Shown here piece after piece: positions 63,632 through 64,000 of a stretch of DNA of 64,000 nt (positions within the stretch are counted from its first letter, which is position 1; every line of letters starts with the position of its first letter). Origin of the DNA: Eledone cirrhosa (lineage: Eukaryota). The notes beneath the pieces were generated by a model. It saw only the letters and a program-made list of their open reading frames with translations. It was not told the origin of the DNA and did no database searches. Position numbers and translations under genes: made by a program. The stretch covers positions 20,522,001 through 20,586,000 of the forward strand of contig OZ024762.1 in assembly GCA_964016885.1 (NCBI GenBank), given 5' to 3'.

Positions 63632-64000
63632 ACTACACAGCCATGCCAGAGACATATAAGGTCCACTGGTCAAAAGAAATATACCAAAACTCTAAGCTAG
63701 AGACAAGATCAAGCCAGTCAATTTGATCTTCACTCTAATGCCTCTCCAAATAAAGTATTCCAGTTGATAACTTCTAGAAAGAAAATTAATTTATATATAT
63801 ATAAAAAATATACCATTAACAAAAAAATATATTATTAATAAAAAAAATATATATCATAAACAAAAAAAAGCATACAAAAACAAATGAAATCAAATGTGAT
63901 GATTATTTTGACTGGCAGGTAATAAATAGATAGGAAAAAAAATCTATTCTATTTTAAACATCATAAGAATATATTTTTTTAAATGTAATTAAAATAACAA

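Overview
Eukaryotic, AT-rich, repeat-saturated non-genic (intronic or intergenic) DNA. It is most likely from an octopod cephalopod; this is an inference from the tRNA-derived CORE- and Meta-domain SINEs, RTE LINEs with (ATG)n tails and very extensive (TA)n tracts. No host protein-coding gene could be recognised. Almost all ORFs in the track are translations of microsatellites. The window contains many CORE-SINE and MetaSINE copies, 5'-truncated RTE LINE fragments, two R4/Dong-like RLE LINE fragments, a mariner remnant, piggyBac-, hAT- and mariner-type MITEs and several minisatellites. The most striking hidden signal, found by eye, is about 20 type-I hammerhead-ribozyme (HHR) motifs (stem I-CTGANGA-stem II-GAAA-stem III-UH-stem I) in at least 7 unrelated short element families. 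Most sit in (TA)n or (TAA)n tracts, and many are fold-back palindromes with two outward-pointing ribozymes. They are consistent with non-autonomous Penelope-like (PLE) or retrozyme-like elements. One six-copy family retains only half a hammerhead, mirrored about stem II. Element boundaries are approximate; no computation or database search was run.
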